IMG/VR virus record: IMGVR_UViG_2671180868_000001
Coordinates: 2,117-66,116 of that record
From: a virus
Taxonomy: Duplodnaviria > Caudoviricetes
Direction: 5' to 3' (one strand)
DNA length: 64,000 bases
Shown here: one piece after another, positions 1 through 10,010 of the stretch
Position numbering within the stretch: position 1 is the first letter of the stretch
Layout: each line of letters opens with the position of its first letter
Program-made: the position numbers and the translations under genes
The notes under the pieces: generated by a model
What the model was told of the DNA's origin: nothing
Databases searched by the model: none
What the model saw: only the letters and a program-made list of their open reading frames with translations

Positions 1-153
1 ATGATTATATATTCTATAAAAAAGATATAAATCATTATGTTAGGTTATTTATAGATATTAATGTGAATAGGGTGTTCTTATTTTGTTTTTATCTTGGCAT
101 AATACCCCAAGTTAACCGTTGCTTACCTGCATTATAAAAATTAGGGAATTATT

Positions 154-663
154 ATGTTGAAAACAGAAATGGCACAGAAGCTTAATGAGCAGCTGAATCT
201 GGAGTTTTACTCGGCCAATCTTTATTTGCAGATGAGTGCCTGGTGTAGTGATAAAGGCTTTGAAGGGGCTGCTGCATTTTTAAAGGAGCATTCTCAAGAA
301 GAGATGCAGCATATGCAGCGTTTGTTTGAATACCTGAGTGGGACAGGCTCCATGCCGATATTAGGCACTATCAGTGCACCGCCGGTTGATTTTGCATCAC
401 TGGCTGATGTATTCAAACTGACCTACGAACACGAGCAACTCATTACGACTCAAATTAATGAACTCGCCCATGTTGCAATGACCACACACGATTACTCCAC
501 ATTCAATTTCCTGCAATGGTATGTGGCTGAACAGCATGAAGAAGAAAAGCTGTTCAAATCTATCTTGGATAAACTGGCATTGGTGGGTAATAGCGGCAAT
601 TCATTGTTCTTCGTCGATAAAGATTTAAAAACAATGGCAGCACAGAACCACGTTCAGGCTTAA
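154..663 (+). CDS. ftnA: Non-heme ferritin
   Basis: [23 protein letters not shown] and [13 protein letters not shown] ferroxidase motifs. Confidence 0.97.
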   Translation: MLKTEMAQKLNEQLNLEFYSANLYLQMSAWCSDKGFEGAAAFLKEHSQEEMQHMQRLFEYLSGTGSMPILGTISAPPVDFASLADVFKLTYEHEQLITTQINELAHVAMTTHDYSTFNFLQWYVAEQHEEEKLFKSILDKLALVGNSGNSLFFVDKDLKTMAAQNHVQA

Positions 664-685
664 TATTTGGGCTTGATTTGAACTT

Positions 686-735
686 GCCGCAGTTTCTATC
701 CACTGCTTAGTGGAACCGGAAACTGCGGTTTTTTA
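686..735 (+). terminator. Rho-independent terminator after ftnA
   Basis: GCCGCAGTTT...AAACTGCGG stem followed by a T run. Confidence 0.7.
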
Positions 736-1053
736 TTGTATATACGCCATGCTCACCGCTGCTGTTTCCTCTTAATTTTATTGTTTTGTGCTAATAACAT
801 ATTGTTTAGCTATGGTTTCTTGTCTTGCTATATTCAAATCGTTATCATTTATGATAAAAGGTGACGGGTAGGATGAGATTAATTGCCGCTCAATTATTGG
901 TTATATTTCAACCGCTGCTCATAATTTGGCGTTTTATTTTGTGCCCTACCTCACAGGTAGTGCAATTGACTGGAAGTGATAGGGGTTCGCGCTGCCAATA
1001 TAGGATATGGTTGGTAGCAGATTGATTATTCTCCCCATCGATTAAGGGATATT

Positions 1054-1440
1054 ATGTTTATTCACAAAGTACGTTCTTCTTGCCGCATGCTTTCGGCACT
1101 GATTGTGTTATTTGTTGGGTTATCTAGTCAGCAAGCTCTGGCCCACGCACATCTGAAAATTGAATCTCCTGCTGCTGATGCCACTATCGGTTCAGCGCCA
1201 GAAGCCGTGACACTGGGCTTCTCTGAAGGCATTGAGTTGAATTTCAGTGGCGTGAAAGTGACAGGCCCAGATAACGATGTGGTGAAAACTGGCGAACTGA
1301 AATTGGATCCAGCCAACAATACGCAATTAATTTTGCCGATCGATAGTGCATTGAAAGCAGGTAAATATAATGTTTCATGGCATGTTGTGTCTGTTGATGG
1401 TCATAAAACCAAAGGCACATACAGCTTCACAGTGAAATAA
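1054..1440 (+). CDS. yobA: CopC-family periplasmic copper-binding protein
   Basis: Signal peptide, mature N-terminus HAHL, WHVVSVDGH motif. Confidence 0.93.
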   Translation: MFIHKVRSSCRMLSALIVLFVGLSSQQALAHAHLKIESPAADATIGSAPEAVTLGFSEGIELNFSGVKVTGPDNDVVKTGELKLDPANNTQLILPIDSALKAGKYNVSWHVVSVDGHKTKGTYSFTVK

Positions 1441-1441
1441 T

Positions 1442-2326
1442 ATGTCACTGGCGACTCTATTCGTTCTGTGTCGCTTTCTGCATTTTTTGGCGGTGATGCT
1501 GATGTTTGGTATCAGTATTTTCACCGCCGTACTCGCCCCAGACCGTTTTTCTTCGATACTCAAAAACCGCTTATCGCCACTCCTTATATTCAGCACCTTT
1601 CTGGGGCTAGCCTCAGCGATCGGGCTTTTAGCCATTCAAGCTGGCATGATGGGCGATGGCTGGTCTGATACCTACAGACTGAGTGTATGGTGGGCGGTGT
1701 TGGGGACTCGTTTTGGCGAGATATGGCAATGGCATCTCGGCTTATCCATATTGAGTATGTGGGTAGTATTACTCGGCACAACCCGTTTTTACTATCAGTT
1801 GATGGTGGCTTGCTCAACCTTGCTACTGGCTAGTTTGGCATTTACCGGGCACGCTGCAATGCACGATGGCGTACTGGGATGGGTTCATCAGACTAACCAA
1901 ATCATACATCTGCTCAGTGCGGGCTATTGGTTGGGATGCTTGCCCGTGTTGCTTGTTTGCCTTGCATATACACGTCGGGATGATGTGAAACGTGAAGCCA
2001 TCACGACGTTGATTCGGTTTTCAAGTTGGGGACATTTGGCAGTCGCGTTGGTATTGGTCACTGGTATGATTAACAGCATTATTATATTGCGTGAGACCTC
2101 TTTAGCGCTGACATCCGTCTATCAGATGCTATTACTCAGTAAGGCAATATTGGTACTGTTTATGGTTGTTGTAGCGATCATTAACCGCTATCTGATTGTT
2201 CCCATGCTGCGTAAATTGCCAGTAAAAGCCCACTATTGGTTAGTGGTAAACAGCTGTGCTGAAATCGTCCTTGGCGCTGCGGTATTACTTTTAGTGAGTA
2301 TTTTTGCCACAATGGCACCGGTATAG
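1442..2326 (+). CDS. yebZ: CopD-family inner-membrane protein
   Basis: Multi-TM protein with GHAAM and RFS motifs; follows the copC-like gene. Confidence 0.92.
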   Translation: MSLATLFVLCRFLHFLAVMLMFGISIFTAVLAPDRFSSILKNRLSPLLIFSTFLGLASAIGLLAIQAGMMGDGWSDTYRLSVWWAVLGTRFGEIWQWHLGLSILSMWVVLLGTTRFYYQLMVACSTLLLASLAFTGHAAMHDGVLGWVHQTNQIIHLLSAGYWLGCLPVLLVCLAYTRRDDVKREAITTLIRFSSWGHLAVALVLVTGMINSIIILRETSLALTSVYQMLLLSKAILVLFMVVVAIINRYLIVPMLRKLPVKAHYWLVVNSCAEIVLGAAVLLLVSIFATMAPV

Positions 2327-2407
2327 TGAAAAACTATACATGATAGTTATTGCCGTTAAGCTTGCATCGCCTCCTCTTTATGCGAGAAAATCAAAACAAT
2401 CAGTTAA

Positions 2408-2764
2408 TTGAGGATGATTGAAATGAAAGGTTTGGTGCTGACGTTATCGTTACTGATGCTATCCGTGAATGCTTTTGCCGCTGGGAAAATAGTGACTGTC
2501 AGTAAGTTTGAATTTGGCAAACAATGGGCATTTACCCGAGAAGAGGTGATGTTGGAATGCCGTTCAGGCGGTGCTTTGTTTGTGATAAATCCCAGTACAT
2601 TAGCGCAATATCCACTTAATGATGTTGCATCAGAACAAATGAAAGCAGGTCATGTCCTCGCGAAACCGCTAGATATTTTATTATTAGATGATAGCGAGAA
2701 TCCTGGCCAAAAGATGAGTTTGCTACCTTTCCAGCAGCGTGCGATGACTTTATGCGAAAAGTAA
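2408..2764 (+). CDS. yebY: YebY family periplasmic protein (start may be 2423)
   Basis: [21 protein letters not shown]; third gene of the yobA-yebZ-yebY operon. Confidence 0.92.
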   Translation: MRMIEMKGLVLTLSLLMLSVNAFAAGKIVTVSKFEFGKQWAFTREEVMLECRSGGALFVINPSTLAQYPLNDVASEQMKAGHVLAKPLDILLLDDSENPGQKMSLLPFQQRAMTLCEK

Positions 2765-2928
2765 GCACGACAACCTGAGCGTCGCTACGGCCTTTATTTT
2801 CTATTTAACAGATAATTACCTTTCTTAACTGGTGGGCTAATTTGTATCATTTAAATTAGTTTGCAACCGTTATTAATTACTTCTGTTACTAAGTTGGCGA
2901 AACACATGACCTCGACTACTCTTAAAGA

Positions 2929-3032
2929 GTATGGCTGAACAAGCCTACGTTAATGCCAACTTTTAGCGCACGGCTCTCTCCCAAGAGCCATTTCCCTAGA
3001 CCGAATATAGGAATCGTATTCGGTCTTTTTTT
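2929..3032 (+). ncRNA. sdsR: SdsR (RyeB) small RNA; RyeA/SraC normally overlaps antisense
   Basis: TAATGCCAACTTTTAGCGCACGGCTCTCTCCCAAGAGCCATTTCCC plus terminator GACCGAATA...TATTCGGTC-T7; sigmaS-type CTACTCT at 2916-2922; 5' end approximate. Confidence 0.9.
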
Positions 3033-3034
3033 AT
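3008..3034 (+). repeat. att core, left junction
   Basis: TAGGAATCGTATTCGGTCTTTTTTTAT, identical to 59794-59820. Confidence 0.95.
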
Positions 3035-3056
3035 CTTATTGATTTTAAAAGAATTA

Positions 3057-3095
3057 TTTCACGAAAAACGAAAATAAACGAAATTTCCACGAAAT
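3057..3095 (+). promoter_or_regulatory. Putative integrase arm-type binding sites
   Basis: Four ACGAAA repeats between the att core and the int stop; related TCGAA repeats near 59650-59680. Confidence 0.5.
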
Positions 3096-3107
3096 CCTAT
3101 ACTCGGC

Positions 3108-4217
3108 CTAAATCTCAACCCACTCATTTTTACGTGAATCTAGGTATACATTCGTCATTTTCATCGATTTGTGTCCAAGCAATTTTTGTGCAAATTCCTT
3201 ACCGTATTCTGCTTCATATAGCCGCGATGCCAGGCTGCGGATCTCGTGAAAGCTGGGAGGGGATATTTCATAAATCAGATCGGTTGCTTTCAGTGCTTTA
3301 ACAAATGCTTTAGTGAGTGAGTCGGCATTTAATGCCCCCGGTTCTCTGCCTGAATTTTTACTTGGCGAGCTGATGAGATATTCACTTTTACTGTTATTCA
3401 GGCACTTTTCTATAATTTCCCCAACCGTGGTATTCATTATTTCCAGCCGTAATGATAGCGATATCGCAATCTGCATCTTGGTTTTACTCTGGACTATCCA
3501 AAGTTTGCCGTCATGAACATCGCTTCTTTTTAATTGCCGCACATCGTCACGGCGTTGGCCGGTAATCAGTGCCAGAGCCAGGCTGAGTTGAACCCAGTTC
3601 CGTTGTTGGCCAGCAGCCTCATAAATTTTGCAAAAGGCGGCATAGTCAAGTCGCTCCCGCTTAACTTTTGGTGATGGCGTGCGTGTTGCTTCCACTGGAT
3701 TGCTGCTAATTAAACCATCAGCTATTGCTTCGCGAAAAACATCAGACAAAACAGAACGTAGATTTACCGCCATCGAACTTTTACCATTATCGACATAGGT
3801 ATTGATAAAGTCAGCAATATGCTTGGTGGTCACAGTCTCGATCGGCCTCTCTCCAAATTCTTGCTTAATATATCCGATTTGCAGGACTCTCATTTTCATG
3901 GTGTTCTCAGCCAGTTCGCGACGCTTTAATAGTTCTGAATAGCGCTTTAGCCAACTCGCTACGGTATTAATCTCGGCTTTAGCCGCAGGAGTTGGGGCAG
4001 GGGCTTGTAATCGTTCAAGCAGGGCTACTGGCTGAAAATTTGATTCAATATAGTTGTTAGCCTGAATGGCCTGAGAGATGGCATCCCTCCGGGCTATTTG
4101 TCCCAGAGGGATCTCTTTTCCAGTAAGTGGATTTCGCCAGTAATAAGATTTGTAATATCGCCGATATGTCAGATTTTTGGGTAAGTTGGCATCATATCGT
4201 TTTGGCCTTGATGCCAT
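3108..4217 (-). CDS. int: Lambda-type tyrosine integrase
   Basis: Arm-binding N-terminus; TGQRRDD, FHEIR, LLGH and catalytic Y. Confidence 0.97.
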   Translation of the reverse strand: MASRPKRYDANLPKNLTYRRYYKSYYWRNPLTGKEIPLGQIARRDAISQAIQANNYIESNFQPVALLERLQAPAPTPAAKAEINTVASWLKRYSELLKRRELAENTMKMRVLQIGYIKQEFGERPIETVTTKHIADFINTYVDNGKSSMAVNLRSVLSDVFREAIADGLISSNPVEATRTPSPKVKRERLDYAAFCKIYEAAGQQRNWVQLSLALALITGQRRDDVRQLKRSDVHDGKLWIVQSKTKMQIAISLSLRLEIMNTTVGEIIEKCLNNSKSEYLISSPSKNSGREPGALNADSLTKAFVKALKATDLIYEISPPSFHEIRSLASRLYEAEYGKEFAQKLLGHKSMKMTNVYLDSRKNEWVEI

Positions 4218-4461
4218 GATTAATTTTCTCTATCAGTGATGAACTTGTACTGGGGGATGTTTTAAGTATTTCTTTTGCTAGCCGATAACTTTTAGGCTGA
4301 ATATAAATCGCACCTGGCTGCACACGATATTCTCGCCCATGTTTTTCAGGGGCCGGGTAAATATTACCGCCTCGCGCCCAGCGCTGAAGTGTCTGGGGCG
4401 TTGGTTGCTTACTGCGGTAGGTTTCTTCCGCCCATTCTTCTAATGTCAGTAATTTGGTCAT
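4192..4461 (-). CDS. xis: Excisionase
   Basis: LTLEEW...TLQRWARGGNIYPAPEKHGREYRV, lambda Xis-like; overlaps int. Confidence 0.92.
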   Translation of the reverse strand: MTKLLTLEEWAEETYRSKQPTPQTLQRWARGGNIYPAPEKHGREYRVQPGAIYIQPKSYRLAKEILKTSPSTSSSLIEKINHGIKAKTI

Positions 4462-5191
4462 TGGTCTTTCCTCAGTAGGAAAGGGCGCAACGATTCTGCG
4501 CCCTATTATGGTCGTTTGGTCTGGGGTGGTAAGGGGCTATGTTTTTAAGTCGCAATATTTATCCCGTCTCACGATGGGATAAATACTATATATTTTCGTT
4601 TCACACAGATAAAAACGCGAGCAGATTACCTCTATTTTTTGGCTTAAGAACTAGAGTTTGCTGACGTTCTCGATCCATTGATTTAGGGGACGGTCACATG
4701 ATTAATGTAACCAACGTCGTCGAGCATCGATAATCAATTCGCGAGTAGAAGCAGTGGCAGAAAATGATATGTTTAAGCCAATGCAGATTATCGCGGCGTT
4801 TGAAGGGATGGCTAATAGTTGGTCTTAATGGAAGACATCAGCAACAGGGTCCCCGAAAGTTAAGGAGCATGGTTTATCTGCCACGCAACCTAAGCACGGA
4901 TACCTCTATAGATGTTGGCAACTACAAAGTGTCATACGTTCATATGCAAAGCTCCTTCATAGAATTATCTCGTTGTGAATATCTCCGAACAGTACTATCA
5001 TTCTGCTTGCTGGATTTTTGCATCGTAGAAGTAGTCTAAATATGTAGTAATGTTGTGACATTACTAAATGATATTTTCTGCAGCCTTGTATATCGTATTT
5101 TCCTTCTATGTTTATAGGGTTGAGCATAAGTGTTGTTTTTTAATCTAAGTTAAAAAATTACAAACACAGTTAAATTCAAAAAGGAGTACAC

Positions 5192-5725
5192 ATGAACGAT
5201 GAAAAAGAACAAACCTTCCAGATAGATTTAATGCAGAAAATAATAACACGAACAGATGGGTTTCATAATTATGCTAATACAAAATCGACTATAATAATCA
5301 CCTTTATAACTGCTATTATTGCTGCAGTCTGCGCAAATGCACCCTCAGCAATCAAGTTTCTTATTGATAGTAATCATGCAGATCTGGCAGTTGGATTCAA
5401 GGTGCTTACTTTTTTAATTATAACTGCATTGTTAATAGCATTTTTCTTTGTAGGTAAAACTGTAATGCCCTATGTCAAAAAAAGTGAAAATTGTAATATT
5501 TATTCTTTTATAGACATAGTCGGTTATTTTAATTCGGAGGGTGAGTATCGTGAGCGTTTTTATACAACATCCAAAGAAGAATTATTGAATTCGATGTCGT
5601 CCTTGCAGTTTAATTTGGCTCAGGGACTTGTGGCAAAATACTATAATCATAGAATAGCTATATTCTTCATTGCAGGAGCAGTTTTTTTTATTTTTCTGGC
5701 TCTGCTTACTTTGTTAGTTGTATAG
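5192..5725 (+). CDS. pycTM: Pycsar transmembrane effector
   Basis: 3 TM segments, ANTKS motif and C-terminal AKY..HR; directly upstream of the cyclase. Confidence 0.85.
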   Translation: MNDEKEQTFQIDLMQKIITRTDGFHNYANTKSTIIITFITAIIAAVCANAPSAIKFLIDSNHADLAVGFKVLTFLIITALLIAFFFVGKTVMPYVKKSENCNIYSFIDIVGYFNSEGEYRERFYTTSKEELLNSMSSLQFNLAQGLVAKYYNHRIAIFFIAGAVFFIFLALLTLLVV

Positions 5726-5733
5726 GTGAATAA

Positions 5734-7095
5734 ATGCAGTCTAAATTTAAAGATATGTTCCTAGAAGCTTCTCTTGATGTTTCAAGAGAATTGAATAAGT
5801 CTTCAGAGAAAAAATCAAGAGTCTTTGCAAATGAAGGCAACAGAACACTCAGGAAATCTATAAATACGCAAGTTGGCACTGAAAGTCTGCTCGAATCCAT
5901 ATTAACTGATGAGTCTGCATTTGCCCTGAGTATAACTGAGTCTAATGTGAAATCTCAACTAAGACCTGCCTTTGGTAAATCTGGTCCAGTAAATGAGGGT
6001 ATAGGAACGCATCCTGATTTTCAACATCTAAGTGGTACTGCCGAGCTAGAAAATGGGTATGCAGTCACTATGTTCTTTGATATTGCAGGTTCTACTAAGC
6101 TTGGTAAAACCTATCCGCCTGAAATTGTATTTAATATTAAAAACACGATCATAAAATATGTCATCGAGATAATTCAAGCATTTGATGGGCATGTTCACCG
6201 GATAATGGGCGACGCTGTTATGGCGTTTTTCCGAAGTAAAAATAAAGTCCCTGAAGGCAGGGAGATAGATAGTGCCATAGATTCTCTAAATGCAGGTGTA
6301 TACATTATTGAGTTTATGAAACAAGTAATTACACCAGCCCTTGGTGATATAACCGCAGAAAAACCAATTGGAATTCGTCTTGGCATTGATTATGCAAAGG
6401 ATAAAGATATCATCTGGGGTAACTACGGGGCTTCAGGAGCATTTGAGGTAACAGCAACATCTTATCACGTTGATGTTGCAGCTAAATTACAGCAAGCAGC
6501 AAAAACGAATAAAATCATGGTTGGAGAGAACTTTAAGAATTTGATTGGGCTTGGTAATGAATATTTATCTATTCCTTTTAAAGAAATAACTCGTGATGAT
6601 AGGGTTGAAAAAATAGATCGTAAGTATGTAACGCCCAATTATCGTGTAAAGGGTGAGTTAATTAATTATCGGCAGTATGAGCTAGATAATAGTAAATATT
6701 TTGGCTTTCTACCTTATGGTTTGAATAATACCGATATAGAGGTCGAATTAGTTGTTAGTAACCAACATACCACTTTGACACATCGTAATCCGTGTGCATT
6801 GAGTCTTGATAGGGGGATGTCACTGATATTCAAGGTTAAATATCATAAAATTGCTAGTAAAATATTTACCCTTGTTTCTGAAAAACAAAATACTGGTGAT
6901 GAAGCTCTAAGCCACAACGCTCTTGATTTGCAAATTAAGAGTAGTTCCATGGTCTATCAAAATGGGTATTACTATGGTGAAGTTAGTGAATCAACAAGCT
7001 ACCATGGACTTCATCATATGAGACTGAAAATCAAAGACTCCGATCAACGTACTGTCGATGAAACTACATTCAGTATTTTTATAAAACCCCGATAA
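5734..7095 (+). CDS. pycC: Pycsar pyrimidine cyclase with probable C-terminal AGS-C domain
   Basis: Class III cyclase motifs FFDIAGST, RIMGDAVMAFF, IRLGID, VDVAAKLQ; C-terminal NTGDEA...ESTSYHGLH. Confidence 0.88.
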   Translation: MQSKFKDMFLEASLDVSRELNKSSEKKSRVFANEGNRTLRKSINTQVGTESLLESILTDESAFALSITESNVKSQLRPAFGKSGPVNEGIGTHPDFQHLSGTAELENGYAVTMFFDIAGSTKLGKTYPPEIVFNIKNTIIKYVIEIIQAFDGHVHRIMGDAVMAFFRSKNKVPEGREIDSAIDSLNAGVYIIEFMKQVITPALGDITAEKPIGIRLGIDYAKDKDIIWGNYGASGAFEVTATSYHVDVAAKLQQAAKTNKIMVGENFKNLIGLGNEYLSIPFKEITRDDRVEKIDRKYVTPNYRVKGELINYRQYELDNSKYFGFLPYGLNNTDIEVELVVSNQHTTLTHRNPCALSLDRGMSLIFKVKYHKIASKIFTLVSEKQNTGDEALSHNALDLQIKSSSMVYQNGYYYGEVSESTSYHGLHHMRLKIKDSDQRTVDETTFSIFIKPR

Positions 7096-7289
7096 TTCGG
7101 GGTGTTATAGCGATCTTTTTTCTGCTTTTTACTCAGTCTCTACATTTTTATTCTAATTTAAGCCGAACCTTTTCAAGGTTTTTCGTCGTTGCTAGTATCA
7201 TCAAGTGGCACCAGACTAGAAATAATATTTTTGCATTTGCCTAAAAGATATCAATTGAGTGCGTTCAGTGACTGTAACTCCCGCCAGTT

Positions 7290-7499
7290 TCATCTGTGAA
7301 AATAAAATTTCTTTATTTTCAATATATACGGGTAGTCTGATGCTTTTTGGTGCAGGGGATTTGAACGGAACTTTCCACGCTTTAACCTTGCCATATTTAG
7401 AAATAAGTTGATAATTTTCAGCACCTCTTCCGTCGGAAGTATGCCCAGTAGTTGCTCTGGATCTGCGGTGCTAAATTTCAAAGCCAGTTCCTGAGACAT
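7290..7499 (-). pseudogene. Probable truncated early phage gene at the Pycsar insertion boundary
   Basis: Good SD (GGAG/GAGG); about 30 phage-like codons, then an abrupt shift into AT-rich DNA. Confidence 0.4.
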
Positions 7500-7512
7500 A
7501 CCTCGCTCCTGA

Positions 7513-8337
7513 TTAATCGTTGCCAGGGTAATAAAGGTCGTCTGGTGCCGAATCCCACACTAAGAGACTCCCACCGTGATATAGCGCAAGTACAAGCTTT
7601 TCGAAGCGGCTATATGCTTTGATGATTCTTTTGCCAAGTATCTTGTTGTGTTCCAAACTGCCTGAAAACAGTTCATAGACTGGGTGTTCGTCATGTAGGA
7701 TTTGCGCGCCTCTCCATCCATCTACACGCTCAGCGCGAAAACCTAAATAAACATCGCAGTTGTATGCCTTGCTAACTTCCGTTTTATAGCCGCCAGCCGG
7801 TTCAGCGTGCAATCCGACATAAATAAAACCGTCACGGTCATCCTCAATAAGGGATTGAGGACAATCCCAACGTTCTTCGCTGGCTCTCTCACTGTTATCT
7901 TCTACAAACGCCGCCCAGAGATCAGATGCTTTAATGAATTTTGGTATCACTCCCTCTGAAGTGAACTCAGTTATCATTTCATCCATCTTTTTGACTATGC
8001 CGCTTTCGATACCAGCCGTTTCCCATTTTTCACGCATTAATCGGGTTATAAGGCTGTTATAGCGTTCCAGCTCGATGATGTTCTCGACGTTGGTAGGCAG
8101 CGCGGCTTTCATCGCGTTTTTCATGACCTTGCCGAAGTCGCTATATGAGCCGAAAGCGTCATCGATCAGATTCCCGAAGAGTTTTTCAATGCCCTTGTCG
8201 ATAATTTCGAAGGCTTTCGGGCTGTTGGAAAACTCGACGCAACGCTGAGTGAGTAAGGCCGAAAGGGGTAACTCAGTAGGTTGCTGGGATACAGAAAATG
8301 TTGGTGCATCAATCTGGTGAGTTTTATCGTTGGTCAT
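7513..8337 (-). CDS. Hypothetical early phage protein
   Basis: 274-aa ORF in the pL operon; starts in the shared RBS motif. Confidence 0.8.
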   Translation of the reverse strand: MTNDKTHQIDAPTFSVSQQPTELPLSALLTQRCVEFSNSPKAFEIIDKGIEKLFGNLIDDAFGSYSDFGKVMKNAMKAALPTNVENIIELERYNSLITRLMREKWETAGIESGIVKKMDEMITEFTSEGVIPKFIKASDLWAAFVEDNSERASEERWDCPQSLIEDDRDGFIYVGLHAEPAGGYKTEVSKAYNCDVYLGFRAERVDGWRGAQILHDEHPVYELFSGSLEHNKILGKRIIKAYSRFEKLVLALYHGGSLLVWDSAPDDLYYPGND

Positions 8338-8401
8338 TGGTCAGTCCTCAGTCTATTTTTTCGAAATAAATTACCCATACTCATGGGTTTTTCCTCTACA
8401 A

Positions 8402-8830
8402 CTAAATCTCCCGTATTAACCGGTTGATAATGTCTCTCTTGGAGGGGATGCGGAGCTGGTGCGCCAATTGCCATGCTTTGCGCTGGCTCTGGGTTTTATG
8501 CTCCAACATTTTGCGGATAGTGGTCACCGGAATACCGGTATCACTGGCAATCAAGTTTTCATTGTGGCCAGCGCGGTGAAACTGATAGATAGCCAGCAAA
8601 ACTTCCAATGAGTAGCGCTTACGAATACCGATATCGACCGTATTCACCTGAGATAAGCCACGCCATTGCTCATTACCGGGATAAATTGGTTTTGGCATCG
8701 GTCGATAGGGATTACCACTGCGGATCTCTGCGCGACAGCGCATTAGCCAGATGATACGAGCGGTATAGTCTCCCCGGTCATCTTCTTTAAAGTAGTTACC
8801 GGTACTCTGGTTCAGTTCCTCATCCATCAT
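8402..8830 (-). CDS. Hypothetical protein with HTH-like C-terminus
   Basis: ATG overlaps the upstream stop; ENLIASDTGIPVTTIRKML resembles an HTH. Confidence 0.65.
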   Translation of the reverse strand: MMDEELNQSTGNYFKEDDRGDYTARIIWLMRCRAEIRSGNPYRPMPKPIYPGNEQWRGLSQVNTVDIGIRKRYSLEVLLAIYQFHRAGHNENLIASDTGIPVTTIRKMLEHKTQSQRKAWQLAHQLRIPSKRDIINRLIREI

Positions 8831-9966
8831 GCGGCTTCCTTCTGTTTCTGCTCTAATTCCCACTCTTTTACGATTCGGGTACATTGAGCATGTACCTGGC
8901 GGGCGCTGGCGATCCCAAAGCCTTTGACGGCATTAGCCAACATATCCGGCGTTCGACGGACAACATCAAATAACGAATGGATCCCAGAGCGGGCCAGCAG
9001 CTCTAAATGCTGATCTTTCAACGGCAGGGTTTCGGTAAGCACGGTTTCTGCCCACTCAGCCCGCTTAACTAAGTGTGGGTGAGTAGGCTCAAGCAGATCT
9101 CGAATACGCTGGGTAACCGCTGGGGTTAGGCCATCCGGCCAGTTCTGTTTGAAATCATCAACCATGGGATAGACGGGTAATGCCCACTCATTGACCGAGA
9201 CGATCAGGCCAATGCCGCTGGTGGAGCGAATTTCAATATGCCAGTCAATATCGTTAATGAGCTGCATATCGTAATCACCTGAGCGTAGTTTCAGCCCCCA
9301 CTGGAAGGTATAAAAGTAAAATTCAGTGCCATCATTGCCACGATAGTAGGTTGGCTCGACGTCACCATCCATACGCTGGATCCGGTTGGTGAGGTCAGAA
9401 ACGGCATTATTTAATTGGTCATTAACATTGACCATGACAGCCAGTTTGCTGGTTTTTTCTGCCACCTCTTTTTTGTATCGCCGGATCTCTGTTAGTTGCT
9501 GGTTTAACAGCGTGCGCTTGCTATCCAAATCATCTTTGAGGCGAACGATCTGGATTTTCATTTTTTCAGGATTCAGTGACTTCAACCGATTCACCTCAGT
9601 AGCCAACACGCGTTGGTCTGAAAGTGAAAGATTGTATTTGGCTGAAATACTGTCTCGCTGCGCATTAGCTTCAGCGACTAACAGGTCTGCATTTTCTATG
9701 CGTTCCTGCACTTGTGTTAACGCCAAGGATTTCGTGGTTAGGTCGTTTTCAGTTTTTTCTAAACGGTCGAATAAAAGGTTGTACTCGTCAGTCTCGATGT
9801 TGAGTTGTTCAATACATAGGGACTGTGCTTGGTTGAGTAAAACAGTCGCGCTCTCTATAGAGCGCTGTGCGGTGCCGGTAGTCTGCTCGATGGCAAGGTC
9901 TAACTGCGCCCGAACTGGACGCAGAGATGACTCCAGCACACTGGCAGTTGTGGCCTGTGTGGTCAT
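8827..9966 (-). CDS. Coiled-coil protein with C-terminal HhH / RNAP alpha-CTD-like domain
   Basis: Long heptad region, then LELLARSGIHSLFDVVRRTPDMLANAVKGFGIASARQV. Confidence 0.7.
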   Translation of the reverse strand: MTTQATTASVLESSLRPVRAQLDLAIEQTTGTAQRSIESATVLLNQAQSLCIEQLNIETDEYNLLFDRLEKTENDLTTKSLALTQVQERIENADLLVAEANAQRDSISAKYNLSLSDQRVLATEVNRLKSLNPEKMKIQIVRLKDDLDSKRTLLNQQLTEIRRYKKEVAEKTSKLAVMVNVNDQLNNAVSDLTNRIQRMDGDVEPTYYRGNDGTEFYFYTFQWGLKLRSGDYDMQLINDIDWHIEIRSTSGIGLIVSVNEWALPVYPMVDDFKQNWPDGLTPAVTQRIRDLLEPTHPHLVKRAEWAETVLTETLPLKDQHLELLARSGIHSLFDVVRRTPDMLANAVKGFGIASARQVHAQCTRIVKEWELEQKQKEAA

Positions 9967-10010
9967 GATGGGTTACCTGTGGAATGCCTGCCGTGGCAAG
10001 TTATGAAAGG

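Noticed and set aside
833-856. Fur-box-like AAATCGTTATCATTTATGATAA upstream of yobA
   Set aside because: Partial match in AT-rich DNA; no RyhB-like RNA recognised nearby
4560-5100. ORF 4764-5039 and the spacer before Pycsar
   Set aside because: No clear SD or recognisable motif; probably degraded insertion-flank DNA
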